DNA from: an uncultured Candidatus Saccharibacteria bacterium
GTDB lineage: Bacteria; Patescibacteriota; Saccharimonadia; Saccharimonadales; 2-12-FULL-41-12
Length of the DNA stretch: 64,000 bases
Assembly (NCBI GenBank): GCA_964521095.1
Contig: CAZFPJ010000001.1
Location: 132,149-196,148, forward strand
Direction: 5' to 3'
How positions within the stretch are numbered: the first letter of the stretch is position 1; each line of letters begins with the position of its first letter. Below, one piece after another: positions 41,591 to 51,652 of the stretch. The notes under the pieces are model-generated. The model saw only the letters and a program-made list of their open reading frames with translations, did no database searches and was not told the origin of the DNA. A program made the translations under genes and the position numbers.

Positions 41591-42322
41591 CTACCGTTTT
41601 AAGTCTATCCAAACATCGTTTTGGGCGAGATTAGCCTCGTTGCAAGGGTCGATAGATCGTTTCCATCTGAGCGTATCATCCATTGATCCATCTTTTGGGT
41701 TGATGTTTGTGTAATGGAATATATGAGCATTTGTGATTGCGTTGGTGTCAACTTGCTCGATTTGCGACAGATTCAACCCATCTAGGGGTAGATGGGCCGA
41801 CCACATAAGATCACGGTGAGTCATTAGTAGCGCAGTATCATTACTGCTTAGTAAACTATCCAAAAAAGTTGTCAGCCTATCGGCAACTCTTAGCAATGAT
41901 TCTCCTTCGGGGGGAGTCCAGTGAAATGGATGCTCTAACATATGCTCGTAACTATCAGGGAACTGTTCTTGGTGCTGTTTTTTTGTCATACCCTGCACAG
42001 CACCTCTGTCGCGTTCTGTGAGTGCCGGTTCGCGTACCCACTTTGCACTTGGGTCTAACGAATTCGCAGACTGGAGAGTTCTGGGCAGGGGAGAAGTTAA
42101 GTGCGCATCAAATTTATCGAGCGAATAGGGTTTTAGTATAAACTGAGCAATCCACCGACCAGCCTGCTGGGACTGTTTGTGCCCGAGCTCTGTTTGGCCT
42201 TCATCTTTGGGGTGCTTGCTTGTAGTATATTCTTCGCCTCGTTTCCATGCCTCGCGCCGAGCATCACCTTCGCTCTGCCCGTGGCGCACTAGTACTAGGT
42301 GTTTTGGCTTGTGTTCTGACAT
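41591..42322 (-). CDS. histidine phosphatase family protein
   Basis: VRHGQS, SPLPR, PPEGES, TH. Confidence 0.85.
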   Translation of the reverse strand: MSEHKPKHLVLVRHGQSEGDARREAWKRGEEYTTSKHPKDEGQTELGHKQSQQAGRWIAQFILKPYSLDKFDAHLTSPLPRTLQSANSLDPSAKWVREPALTERDRGAVQGMTKKQHQEQFPDSYEHMLEHPFHWTPPEGESLLRVADRLTTFLDSLLSSNDTALLMTHRDLMWSAHLPLDGLNLSQIEQVDTNAITNAHIFHYTNINPKDGSMDDTLRWKRSIDPCNEANLAQNDVWIDLKR

Positions 42323-42337
42323 ATTATCTTTAGTACC

Positions 42338-43537
42338 CTAGCGGTACATTCTGTCCTTAAATCTCTCATTAATATATACCAACACTGTCCCGGCGCTCAA
42401 TGACAGCATCATCAATGCTGGTGCAAAAGAGTGGTACCGCTGGTAGGTAAGGCCCAAAATTAGAGGAGGCAAAAAACCACCAAAACCACCGATAGCGCCC
42501 ACTATGCCAGTTACAGAGCCAACCAAACTCGGCTTTGTTCGTCTAGATAAAATGCCAAATACCGCGCCATTAACACAGCCCAGAACAAAAGCTAGCGACA
42601 AATATAATACGGTAGTAGCAAGATGTAGCGTCGGCTGAAAAGCAATTAACATAGCCAGAACCACGACTACAAAAAGGGCAGGGGGTATAACCCTAACCGC
42701 ACCCACCTTATCACTCATCCAACCGCCAAACGGCCTGGCAATGGTTGCTAGCAATATAAACCCTGCCGCCCTGGTAGCTGCATCTGTTAATTCCAGATTG
42801 TACTGAGTTTTTAGCAATACAGGCAAATAGACCCCAAAAGCTACAAAAGCACCAAAAGTTATCGCATAAACCACAGATAAATCCCAGGTCATCCTCTCTT
42901 TACTAGCCAACCGTAGAGATTTGAGCGGTGGGGTTTTTGCTGGCTTCCATAGCGGTGAATCTTTGCCCCAAAGCAAGAATACTCCGCCGATCATAGCCAA
43001 AAGCCCTGCCACTATGAAAAAAGTTTCGCTCCTGCCAAAATGATTAGACATTGATGGAGTTAAGAATCCAGAGAGCGCTGTTCCGGCATTGCCCATACTG
43101 TACAGTCCCAGCATTAAACCTCTTTTACTTGGCTCGAACCAAGCGCTGACAAAAGGGATACCAATCACAAAAGAAGCACCGCCAAAGCCCAAAAAGAAAG
43201 CCACAAAAACCAGAGCCCAATAGCTAGAAACGCATGCTAATCCGACGACCGGCAAAACCATGAACAGGCTAATAACGGCAAACATTTTTCGTCCACCAAG
43301 CTTGTCGGTTAAAGCACCAATAAATAACCGACCAAGCGAACCGATAATGACCGGCACAGCCAGCAAAACAGATAGCATAACCGGCTCTAAGCTTAGTTCT
43401 TGAGCGTACTTTACGCCCAGCGGGCTAAGTAGCGACCACGCCCAAAAATTCAAGATAAGAGCACAAAATGCCATACCTAAGGCAAGATAGGCATTTTTCC
43501 GTTGTATTGTGTTTGTTTCTTTCTGCACGATTAACAC
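42338..43537 (-). CDS. MFS transporter, NarK/NarT nitrate/nitrite family
   Basis: GSLGR, GNAG, FGAFVAF, RPFGGWMSD, GAIGGFGGF. Confidence 0.8.
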   Translation of the reverse strand: MLIVQKETNTIQRKNAYLALGMAFCALILNFWAWSLLSPLGVKYAQELSLEPVMLSVLLAVPVIIGSLGRLFIGALTDKLGGRKMFAVISLFMVLPVVGLACVSSYWALVFVAFFLGFGGASFVIGIPFVSAWFEPSKRGLMLGLYSMGNAGTALSGFLTPSMSNHFGRSETFFIVAGLLAMIGGVFLLWGKDSPLWKPAKTPPLKSLRLASKERMTWDLSVVYAITFGAFVAFGVYLPVLLKTQYNLELTDAATRAAGFILLATIARPFGGWMSDKVGAVRVIPPALFVVVVLAMLIAFQPTLHLATTVLYLSLAFVLGCVNGAVFGILSRRTKPSLVGSVTGIVGAIGGFGGFLPPLILGLTYQRYHSFAPALMMLSLSAGTVLVYINERFKDRMYR

Positions 43538-43546
43538 ATTCGATTT

Positions 43547-45019
43547 TTAGATCGCGCCTTCCCAGTCGAAAAGCAATGTATCTTCGCGGTAGCCACCACG
43601 ACCACGACCAATCTGCGAATAATCGTCCGTAAACTCTATAGACCTTATCCATTTGGCCGATTTATAGCCCACTTTGTTCTCAACCCTTAGGCGGATTGGG
43701 TCACCATGGTTAAGAGGCAGGTCCTTGCCGTTCATCTCATAAGCAAGCATCGTTTGCGCGTCTTTTAAGTCGCTAGTCCGAATACTTGCATAGTAATTGT
43801 AACCATCTGCATAGACATCGTAACAATGAAATACAGCATACTTAGCACCTTTTTTAGGCTTACATAGTTTCAATATATCGCGCGTTGGCAGTCCAGCCCA
43901 CTCGGCAACACCAGACCAGCCCTGAATGCAGTTATGCTTGGTAATCTGAGTCTGTTTACGCATAGATTTTATGTCTTCCATAGATAGCTCTATGGGATTA
44001 TCTACCATGCCATAAATCTTTAGGCGATAATCTTTAAAATGCCCCTCGCGAAGCTTGTGATATTCTTCGGTTTCTGGAGGATAACCATTGACCCTAAAAA
44101 ATGGTGAGATGTCTTTCTTGCTATATTTCTGGCGAGACCTTAGCCCACCAAACAGAAGCCTAACGATTGGGGTGTAGAACCTAATTAAGATACCCCTGAG
44201 TTTAATCGGGTGGCGTAGGGTAAATAAAGTCGCCCAAATATTAAAGACAAGAATAAGAATAGCTATTATAAAGAACAGTGTTAGCGCTTTGGCAAAGTCC
44301 ATATCAGCGTTACCCGAAACAAAAAGTCCTATACTACTATAAAAGTGTAGTCCCATAGTGATGGTGATATGCATCAATATAAATAGCGAGAAACCGATCA
44401 TTGCTAGAAAGTGCAAGCTCCGTGCCACCTGGCGCCGGCCACCAAATATTATTAAATACTTTGGGAATCTGCCAATAAATGCTGGTGACATAGCCAGCCC
44501 CGACAAAATTTGCACTGGCGCCAAAACAAAAACAATTAATGCATAGGTTATCTGTTGGAGGGCATTATATGTCGCACCCTCAGGCGGAATATTGAGCGTT
44601 AAATATTGACCCATAACATTTATGGCCTCAGGGAAAACACCCCAACTGGTCGGGATAAGCCGAGACCACGCTCCAGTTGCTAGCATAAAACCCATGTATA
44701 TTGCGCCTGTTACAACCCAGATGATCGCAAAGGTAAAGTGCCAATGTCGTCCTGCCCCCAAAAAATCATGGGCTCCCGGTAGAGCAAGAGCTCTTTTCGG
44801 AGGCGATTCTGCCTCGTCACGAGCAGTCCAGAGCTTGTCCTTTGGTTGCACTTTTTTACCAAATCGTATCCACCAGTTTTCGTCAGAAGTATGGTCCGTC
44901 CAGTACAGCTTTGGGTGGTCGTAAAGAATCTGGATGCCACTACGAATAAGGATTATGAGACAGAAAAGATTGATCAGATGCAGAATCACAATAAATAACG
45001 GTAAGTGAACTGTTTCCAT
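43547..45019 (-). CDS. cytochrome b-domain + molybdopterin (sulfite oxidase/MsrP family) oxidoreductase fusion
   Basis: TM His ligands (LHLIN, HWHF, SLHF, MH), YNALQ; HNCIQGWS Moco Cys; HGDPIRL..GYKSAKW. Confidence 0.85.
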   Translation of the reverse strand: METVHLPLFIVILHLINLFCLIILIRSGIQILYDHPKLYWTDHTSDENWWIRFGKKVQPKDKLWTARDEAESPPKRALALPGAHDFLGAGRHWHFTFAIIWVVTGAIYMGFMLATGAWSRLIPTSWGVFPEAINVMGQYLTLNIPPEGATYNALQQITYALIVFVLAPVQILSGLAMSPAFIGRFPKYLIIFGGRRQVARSLHFLAMIGFSLFILMHITITMGLHFYSSIGLFVSGNADMDFAKALTLFFIIAILILVFNIWATLFTLRHPIKLRGILIRFYTPIVRLLFGGLRSRQKYSKKDISPFFRVNGYPPETEEYHKLREGHFKDYRLKIYGMVDNPIELSMEDIKSMRKQTQITKHNCIQGWSGVAEWAGLPTRDILKLCKPKKGAKYAVFHCYDVYADGYNYYASIRTSDLKDAQTMLAYEMNGKDLPLNHGDPIRLRVENKVGYKSAKWIRSIEFTDDYSQIGRGRGGYREDTLLFDWEGAI

Positions 45020-45136
45020 ATTGATACTATACCTTACAAGTCAACAATTTAGAAAATACAATGCTTTTGTTTAATCTGACAATATGCTACTCTTATGGAC
45101 GATTAGTAAAACCATAAAAATAAAAAGGAAATAAAA

Positions 45137-45685
45137 ATGAAAAAAGCCGAAAGAAAGATAGTAGACAAGGTATTCATATTGCTAGGTGTAGCTGCAACTG
45201 CCATGCTCCTAATAGTCGGAGCGCTAGCTTGGTATGGACAAAGCTTTGCATCTAACATGGTAAAGAATGAGCTGTCTGCACAGAGGATATTTTTCCCAGA
45301 AGCCAATAGTCCAGCCCTCAAAGCATTGCCGGACAGCGACAGGGTAGAGATGACTAAATTCGCTGGGCAACAGCTAACTACTGGTCAGCAAGCTAAAGTG
45401 TACGCAGACAACTACATCAAACCCCATCTAGCCAAGATAGCGGGTGGCAAAACCTACTCCGAAGTAAGCACTTTATCTATGAAGGATCCTAATAATAAAG
45501 AACTACAAGCAAAAAAAACAAGCTTATTCCAAGGTGAAACACTAAGAGGCATGCTAATCGGAAGTGGTTATGCTTACTGGACATTTGGCATGATAGCTAA
45601 ATGGGCAGCCATAGTTGCATTTGCTGGAGCAGGTCTAATGACTGTCCTGATGCTTCTCGGATTACGACATATCTCTAAGGCCTAG
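45137..45685 (+). CDS. conserved hypothetical membrane protein
   Basis: N- and C-terminal TMs; GGKTYSE, FQGETLRG. Confidence 0.75.
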   Translation: MKKAERKIVDKVFILLGVAATAMLLIVGALAWYGQSFASNMVKNELSAQRIFFPEANSPALKALPDSDRVEMTKFAGQQLTTGQQAKVYADNYIKPHLAKIAGGKTYSEVSTLSMKDPNNKELQAKKTSLFQGETLRGMLIGSGYAYWTFGMIAKWAAIVAFAGAGLMTVLMLLGLRHISKA

Positions 45686-45715
45686 TTGATTGGCCAACAA
45701 TCAGTCCTGGTTAGA

Positions 45716-46432
45716 TCAGACTACTGCGCCTACAAAGTGACCAATTATTCCGGTGACCAGCATGGCTATCCCTCCGCCAATCAATACTCGAAAAGCGGCC
45801 CACCATCTGTTACCTCCGCCAATAAATGCGCCGACTGCACCAGAAGCAGCCAGAGTAATCATCGCAGAAATAACTATTGCCCATGCGTTGTGCCACAACA
45901 AAGACGCTAGGATTGGCCAAACCGCACCAATCGTAAAGGCTATTGCCGATGCGATGGCTGCCAACCATGGGCTAGGCAAATCATCTTCGTCGATTCCAAG
46001 TTCATCGCGAGCGTGTGCTCCAACCGCGTCGTGCTCGTGCAGTTGTTCTGCTACTTTCTTAGCAAGAGATGGCGTTAACCCCCTCTCTACATAGATAGCT
46101 GTTAGCTCAGCTTTTTCTCCTTCTGGGTTTTTGGCGATAGATTTCTCCTCGATAGCAATATCTGCCTCTTCGCTGTCTCGTTGAGAACTAACAGAAACAT
46201 ATTCGCCAGCAGCCATAGATAATGCTCCAGCTACAAGCCCGGCAATACCCGCTGTCAAGATTGTTGCTTGCGTAGCAGTTGCGGTCGCTACACCGACCAT
46301 AATTGAAGCTGTCGAAACAACCCCGTCGTTAACACCAAGAACGGCGGCCCTAAGCCACTGTGATCTATGAGATTTATGTTCTTCGTCATGAGGTTGTGAA
46401 GGGGCTACAAAGTCTGTAATGTGTTTTGTCAT
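45716..46432 (-). CDS. VIT1/CCC1 iron/manganese transporter
   Basis: LRAAVLGVNDG, SMAAGEYVSVSSQ, HARDELG. Confidence 0.93.
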   Translation of the reverse strand: MTKHITDFVAPSQPHDEEHKSHRSQWLRAAVLGVNDGVVSTASIMVGVATATATQATILTAGIAGLVAGALSMAAGEYVSVSSQRDSEEADIAIEEKSIAKNPEGEKAELTAIYVERGLTPSLAKKVAEQLHEHDAVGAHARDELGIDEDDLPSPWLAAIASAIAFTIGAVWPILASLLWHNAWAIVISAMITLAASGAVGAFIGGGNRWWAAFRVLIGGGIAMLVTGIIGHFVGAVV

Positions 46433-46506
46433 CGTACAATTATACCAAAAAGCTAACTGCCTATGCTTGCAAAATTAACAGAGGTGGGTTATTCTCATGC
46501 GTAGAA

Positions 46507-47811
46507 ATGTCTGTAGATGTAATAGTTGGTCTGCAACGAGGAGACGAAGGCAAAGGCCGATTCGTGGACCTCGAGGCAGAAAAATATGATGTGGTAGCCC
46601 GCGGTAATGGCGGAGCTAATGCTGGCCACACCATAGCTCCAGAGGGCTTGGAACCTTTTGCGCTCCACCAGATTCCTTCTGGCATAGCCTATTCTGACAA
46701 GATAAATATTATAGGTAATGGCACTTATTTAGACCCCCGTAGACTAACCGACGAGATTGCAGATGCTAGAAATTCTGGCTTACAAGTAAGTCCAGAAAAC
46801 TTACTTATAAGTGACATAGCTCAGTTGGTATTACCTCACCACATTAGATTGGACCACATCAGAGAGGAAGGGCGAGGCAAGCAGGGTAGCACTAAGTCTG
46901 GTATAGCTTTTGTTGCATCAGATAAATACTTACGAGAAGGTGTTCGTGCCGAAGATATATTGGGTGCTAGCAAAAAACAACTACGGAGTATCGCTCTAAA
47001 TGGATTGACGGACATCTACACAAGAGTCACTGAACCTACAAAAGACATATCTGCCGAATTCAGGCAAGAGGCCAACGAGTGGGCAGATGCCTGCGAAGAG
47101 CTCAAACCATACCTAGCAGATACCGTAAGCACTATGCGTGACTTTTTAGCAGATGAAAAACGCGTATTAGCCGAAGGCGCCCAGGCCTACTGGCTAGACA
47201 TAAACCATGGCATGTACCCCTTTGTGACATCATCTTCTACTACTGTTAATGGGCTTATGGATGGGTTAGGCCTGTCCCACAAAGATATAGGCCGAGTAAC
47301 CGGCGTGGCAAAGATGGTCCGCTCGCATGTTGGCGGAGGGCCTTTTGTTACTCGCATCACCGACCCAGCGCTGGCAAAAAACCTTCGTGGAGAGAAAAAT
47401 GATGTTGATGGCGAATATGGTGCGACCACCAAACGCGAGAGAGAAGTCGGCTATCCAGACTTTGTAGAACTTCGTAATGCTATAGATGGCAACGGCGTAG
47501 ATAAACTGGTTTTGTCAAAGATGGACTGTGTCCACAAGTTCGGCGAAACAGTATTTATTGCCCTCGAGTATGAACTTGACGGCAAAAGAATAAGCAGAGC
47601 GCCAAGTTCGGCTAAAGACCTAGCTAAATGCAAGCCGATCTACGAAGAACTACCAACTTGGCCCTCAAGCCTATCTTTTGTCCAATATCAAAATGAACTA
47701 CCTGAAAAAGCAAAGAACTTAATCCAATTTACAGAAGAATCTTTGGAGGTTGATATCTCTATGATAGGTGTTGGACCAAAGCGAAATCAAGTTGTCGACC
47801 TCGAACGATAG
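46507..47811 (+). CDS. purA: adenylosuccinate synthetase
   Basis: GDEGKG, GGANAGHT, EGAQ, YPFVTSS, GATT. Confidence 0.95.
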   Translation: MSVDVIVGLQRGDEGKGRFVDLEAEKYDVVARGNGGANAGHTIAPEGLEPFALHQIPSGIAYSDKINIIGNGTYLDPRRLTDEIADARNSGLQVSPENLLISDIAQLVLPHHIRLDHIREEGRGKQGSTKSGIAFVASDKYLREGVRAEDILGASKKQLRSIALNGLTDIYTRVTEPTKDISAEFRQEANEWADACEELKPYLADTVSTMRDFLADEKRVLAEGAQAYWLDINHGMYPFVTSSSTTVNGLMDGLGLSHKDIGRVTGVAKMVRSHVGGGPFVTRITDPALAKNLRGEKNDVDGEYGATTKREREVGYPDFVELRNAIDGNGVDKLVLSKMDCVHKFGETVFIALEYELDGKRISRAPSSAKDLAKCKPIYEELPTWPSSLSFVQYQNELPEKAKNLIQFTEESLEVDISMIGVGPKRNQVVDLER

Positions 47812-47815
47812 ACTC

Positions 47816-49315
47816 CTACTGTATGATGTCGTGAGGCCGTGATTCTGCAATGCCAGAGTTGGTTATACGGGTTAATTTAGTCTCTCTGATATGCGATTCT
47901 ATATCTGGTGCGTTAACATAGGCCATACTCTTTCGCAGAGCAAGCACCAACTTGCCCACAACATCATGTACAGACCCTTTGTATGGCACATAGCCCTCTA
48001 CACCCTCGGCCAACATAACGGCCGAACCGTTATCTTGCCCGTATCGAAGCCGGGCGGCCACACTATCGCGCATAGCACCTAAAGACCCCATGCCTCTATA
48101 GGCTTTTACTCGGCTGTTGTCTGATAATATCTTAATCTCTCCGGGAGACTCGTCGGTTCCTGCTAGTAGACTCCCTAGCATAATTGAATTTGCACCAGAA
48201 GCAATGGCAATAGATGCATCACCCTTGTCTACAATGCCACCGTCGGCACAAATTGGAACACCTGTATCACCAATAGCTCTATGGCATTCGGCAACAGCCG
48301 AAACCTGGGGGCGACCTATGCCAGTTTCTTGCCTGGTAGTACAGATAGATCCAGGACCTTGCCCAACCTTAACCCCGTCGGCACCGTTAGCCACTAATAG
48401 TCGAGCCGAAACTCCTTCTGAAACATTACCAACAACAACATCTATATCCGGAAAATCACCCTTCATGTTAGATAGTTCGGTTACCACATCTTTTAAAGTC
48501 CTAATACCAAATTGCGAATCGCCAGCCGCACTGTCTATAACCACTACATCCACATATTCTTTTATCATGTCGAGTCGTTCCAGCGCAGACTCTCCGGTCG
48601 GGATCGCTGCTCCAACCCTGAGCCGACCCCTGCTGTCAAGATTAAAAGGGCTCTTGTCTTCCTCTACCTTTCTGCGAGCGTCCGAATACAAGTACATACC
48701 TTCTAACCGCCCGTCTTCACCAACTAGCGGAAGTGTTTTTTTCTTATTTTTTCTCATAGCATCATATGCATCGGCGATGTTTGTGCCTGGCGCCATACTA
48801 ATAATCTCGCTCTTGGGCGTCATAGCATCCTGGGCCTTGTCGTTACTATCCGAAAACTCAAAATCGTTCTGAGACAACAAGCCGACAAACTTGCCGTCTG
48901 CATCGATAACCGGAAAAGTTCTAAAGTCTAGGCGCCTATCTTCGCACTCATTCAAAATACTTTCTATGGTTCTGTCTTCATCAAAAGAGACTGGAGTTTC
49001 TATGAGGCGATTCAAGCTAAGCTTTACGCGCCTTACTTCTTTTTTTTGCTCTTCCGAAGACAAACCAGCGTGCACAATGCCAATTCCACCGAGTTCGGCC
49101 ATAGCAATAGCCATATCAGATGTAGTCACGGTATCCATGGCCGCGCTTACAATCGGCACCTTTAAATCAACATTTCTAGAAAATCGAGAAGCTATGCCTA
49201 CTTGGTGCGCGCCCACTTCACTAGGAGCAGTCCGCAAGCGGACATCATTAAAAGTCAGAGACAGATCTTGTTGTTCTAATCTGTCAAAAAAGGCTTCTTT
49301 CTCTGGAGTAAACAT
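47816..49315 (-). CDS. guaB: IMP dehydrogenase with CBS pair
   Basis: SAAMDTVT, GPGSICTTR, ADGG, YRGMGS, EGVEG. Confidence 0.93.
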   Translation of the reverse strand: MFTPEKEAFFDRLEQQDLSLTFNDVRLRTAPSEVGAHQVGIASRFSRNVDLKVPIVSAAMDTVTTSDMAIAMAELGGIGIVHAGLSSEEQKKEVRRVKLSLNRLIETPVSFDEDRTIESILNECEDRRLDFRTFPVIDADGKFVGLLSQNDFEFSDSNDKAQDAMTPKSEIISMAPGTNIADAYDAMRKNKKKTLPLVGEDGRLEGMYLYSDARRKVEEDKSPFNLDSRGRLRVGAAIPTGESALERLDMIKEYVDVVVIDSAAGDSQFGIRTLKDVVTELSNMKGDFPDIDVVVGNVSEGVSARLLVANGADGVKVGQGPGSICTTRQETGIGRPQVSAVAECHRAIGDTGVPICADGGIVDKGDASIAIASGANSIMLGSLLAGTDESPGEIKILSDNSRVKAYRGMGSLGAMRDSVAARLRYGQDNGSAVMLAEGVEGYVPYKGSVHDVVGKLVLALRKSMAYVNAPDIESHIRETKLTRITNSGIAESRPHDIIQ

Positions 49316-49434
49316 AAAAACCCTCCTTTTTGTTCTAAAAATTGTAACACACGAACCCAGACAATCCGTCAAAAAACTATGCTAACAAGCTTGTGGTTGA
49401 ACTTGATTTTTTAAGATGCAATAATAGTAGCTTC

Positions 49435-49884
49435 ATGAAAGACAAACCTTTTAGTTACGAAGAGTTTAAAAGCATCTATTCTAAAGTGCCTCGACTGTGC
49501 GTAGATTTGATAGTCCAAACAGAGGAAGGCATTTTGCTAACCAAACGCGCTATGCCACCGTGCGAGGGGCAGTGGCACTTGCCGGGTGGAACCGTCTTGT
49601 TTAAAGAATCTATACCTGAAGCAATCGACCGAGTAGCTCAAGCCGAGATTGGCATAGGCGTAGAAGTTGTCAAAAATATAGGCTACATAGAATTTATGAA
49701 AGTCAACAACCTAGGCGGATTCGATCATCCGATTAGCCTTGCGTTTTTGTGCAAACCAAAAACTCTAGACATAAAGCTAGATGCGCAAGCATCCGAATAC
49801 GCATTTTTTAAGGCGATACCCGAGAATACCCTAAAAGAACAAGCAGACTTCCTCCAAAAAACCCTCGTAGAGACTGTAATCTAA
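49435..49884 (+). CDS. NUDIX hydrolase (GDP-mannose mannosyl hydrolase-like)
   Basis: VPRLCVDL, WHLPGG...E..RVAQAEIG. Confidence 0.8.
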   Translation: MKDKPFSYEEFKSIYSKVPRLCVDLIVQTEEGILLTKRAMPPCEGQWHLPGGTVLFKESIPEAIDRVAQAEIGIGVEVVKNIGYIEFMKVNNLGGFDHPISLAFLCKPKTLDIKLDAQASEYAFFKAIPENTLKEQADFLQKTLVETVI

Positions 49885-49934
49885 CTCACAGACAATTCAG
49901 ATTTCTCTCAGGTATAGTCTATAATGTAGGTGTC

Positions 49935-50618
49935 ATGAGAATATTAATCGTAGAAGACGATCACAAAATTGCAGGGGCCATTAAACGAGGTCTAGAGAGG
50001 CAGTCGTACGCTGTAGATGTGTGCTATGACTCGGACAAGGGGCTAAGCATGGCCCTAAACGAGCCGTATGACCTTATTATATTAGACCGCATGCTACCGG
50101 GCTCTACGGATGGCATTGGTATCGTCAAAACCATGCGAGAAAAGCAAAACCATACACCAGTTTTGCTACTAACAGCCAAAGATGGTGTGTTAGAGCGCGC
50201 GGCTGGTCTCAATAGCGGGGCAGACGACTACATGACCAAGCCCTTTGCCTTTGTGGAGTTAATTGCCCGCGTTAGGGCGCTACTGCGTCGACCAAAAGAG
50301 ACTGTTGATAACATCCTAAAATACGAAGACATAGAAGTAGACACAGAAAATTTCATAGTCACCAGACAGGGCAAGCATATTGAGCTAACTCATCTAGAAT
50401 TCGCTCTACTAGAGTTTTTTGTACGCAACAAAGAACGCACCCTTAGTAAAGATCAGATTATTCAAAATGTTTGGGACTATGACGCCGATATCTTACCCAA
50501 CACCGTAGAGGTTTATGTTGGTTATCTGCGCAACAAAATAGATCGTCCTTTCAAAAATAGCCCAGATCTCATAAATACCAAGCGAGGCTTTGGCTACTTT
50601 TTTGGACTAAAGCCTTAA
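49935..50618 (+). CDS. OmpR-family response regulator
   Basis: VEDD, LDRMLP, GADDY..KPF, winged helix. Confidence 0.95.
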   Translation: MRILIVEDDHKIAGAIKRGLERQSYAVDVCYDSDKGLSMALNEPYDLIILDRMLPGSTDGIGIVKTMREKQNHTPVLLLTAKDGVLERAAGLNSGADDYMTKPFAFVELIARVRALLRRPKETVDNILKYEDIEVDTENFIVTRQGKHIELTHLEFALLEFFVRNKERTLSKDQIIQNVWDYDADILPNTVEVYVGYLRNKIDRPFKNSPDLINTKRGFGYFFGLKP

Positions 50619-50634
50619 AGGTGCATCAACAATA

Positions 50635-51645
50635 ATGTTTAAGAAAACAACCTTTCGGCTAACAGCTATCTACCTAACTATCCTCATGTTGATTAGCTTG
50701 TTCTTTAGCGCTAGCTTGTACAACATACTATCCAACGAGCTTAACCGTAGTGTAGCGCGACAAACACAGATGCTAGACAACTCTCTGTTTGGACCAATAG
50801 CACCTTCGTACGAAGACAACCTCCACTCTCAACGCGACAAGATTTTAGATGATGCGCACAACAGACTGGTTTTGCGTATAGCAATAATAAACCTGCTTAT
50901 TTTAGTAGGCGGTGGACTGCTTAGCTACGCATTAGCTCGCAAAACTTTAGAGCCAATCAGGGAAGTCCACGAGTCTCAAAGTCGATTTATAGCCGATGCC
51001 AGCCACGAGCTACGCACCCCAATTACAGCTATGAAGACCGAAGCAGAGGTGGCCTTGGATGATAATAAATTATCTTCGGTGAAAATGAGAAAGTTATTAC
51101 AGAGCAACATCGAAGAGCTAGACAAGCTGACCGCATTGACCGATGGACTTTTGCGTTTGGCCAAGCTCGACGGCAGTAGTCATCAAAAAGATATCATCAA
51201 CATCGACGAAGTTATTCAAGATGCAATCGACAAAGTACTACCCCTGGCTGAAAACAAAAAGATACTCATTAATCCTCGCGTTAAAAAAGCTAAAATTATC
51301 GGAGATAAGCACCTAATAACCGAGATGCTGGTAACGATCTTGGACAACGCTATTAAATACAGCCCTAATAAAACAGAGGTCTCGGTCCGAACAATATCGA
51401 CAAAAACTCATGTCAAAATAGCCGTTTCGGACTGCGGGGAAGGCATCCGTGCATCCGAACTTGGCCGTATATTTGACCGATTTTATAGAGTAGACGGATC
51501 GCGCACCAAAACAAAAGCCGGAGGCTATGGGCTTGGCCTAGCTATAGCCAAGAGTATCGCAGATAGTCACAAAGGCTCAATTGATGTTGCCAGTAGTACT
51601 GGCAGTGGCACGGTTTTTACAATCAATCTGCCTAGAGTATACTAA
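50635..51645 (+). CDS. sensor histidine kinase
   Basis: SHELRTP, NAIKY, FYR, GLGLAI. Confidence 0.95.
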   Translation: MFKKTTFRLTAIYLTILMLISLFFSASLYNILSNELNRSVARQTQMLDNSLFGPIAPSYEDNLHSQRDKILDDAHNRLVLRIAIINLLILVGGGLLSYALARKTLEPIREVHESQSRFIADASHELRTPITAMKTEAEVALDDNKLSSVKMRKLLQSNIEELDKLTALTDGLLRLAKLDGSSHQKDIINIDEVIQDAIDKVLPLAENKKILINPRVKKAKIIGDKHLITEMLVTILDNAIKYSPNKTEVSVRTISTKTHVKIAVSDCGEGIRASELGRIFDRFYRVDGSRTKTKAGGYGLGLAIAKSIADSHKGSIDVASSTGSGTVFTINLPRVY

Positions 51646-51652
51646 TCTCAAG

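Noticed and set aside
48117-49385. Long antisense ORFs over guaB (similarly 24099-24740, 59449-60099, 62308-62859)
   Set aside because: These are shadow frames of real genes with no motifs.
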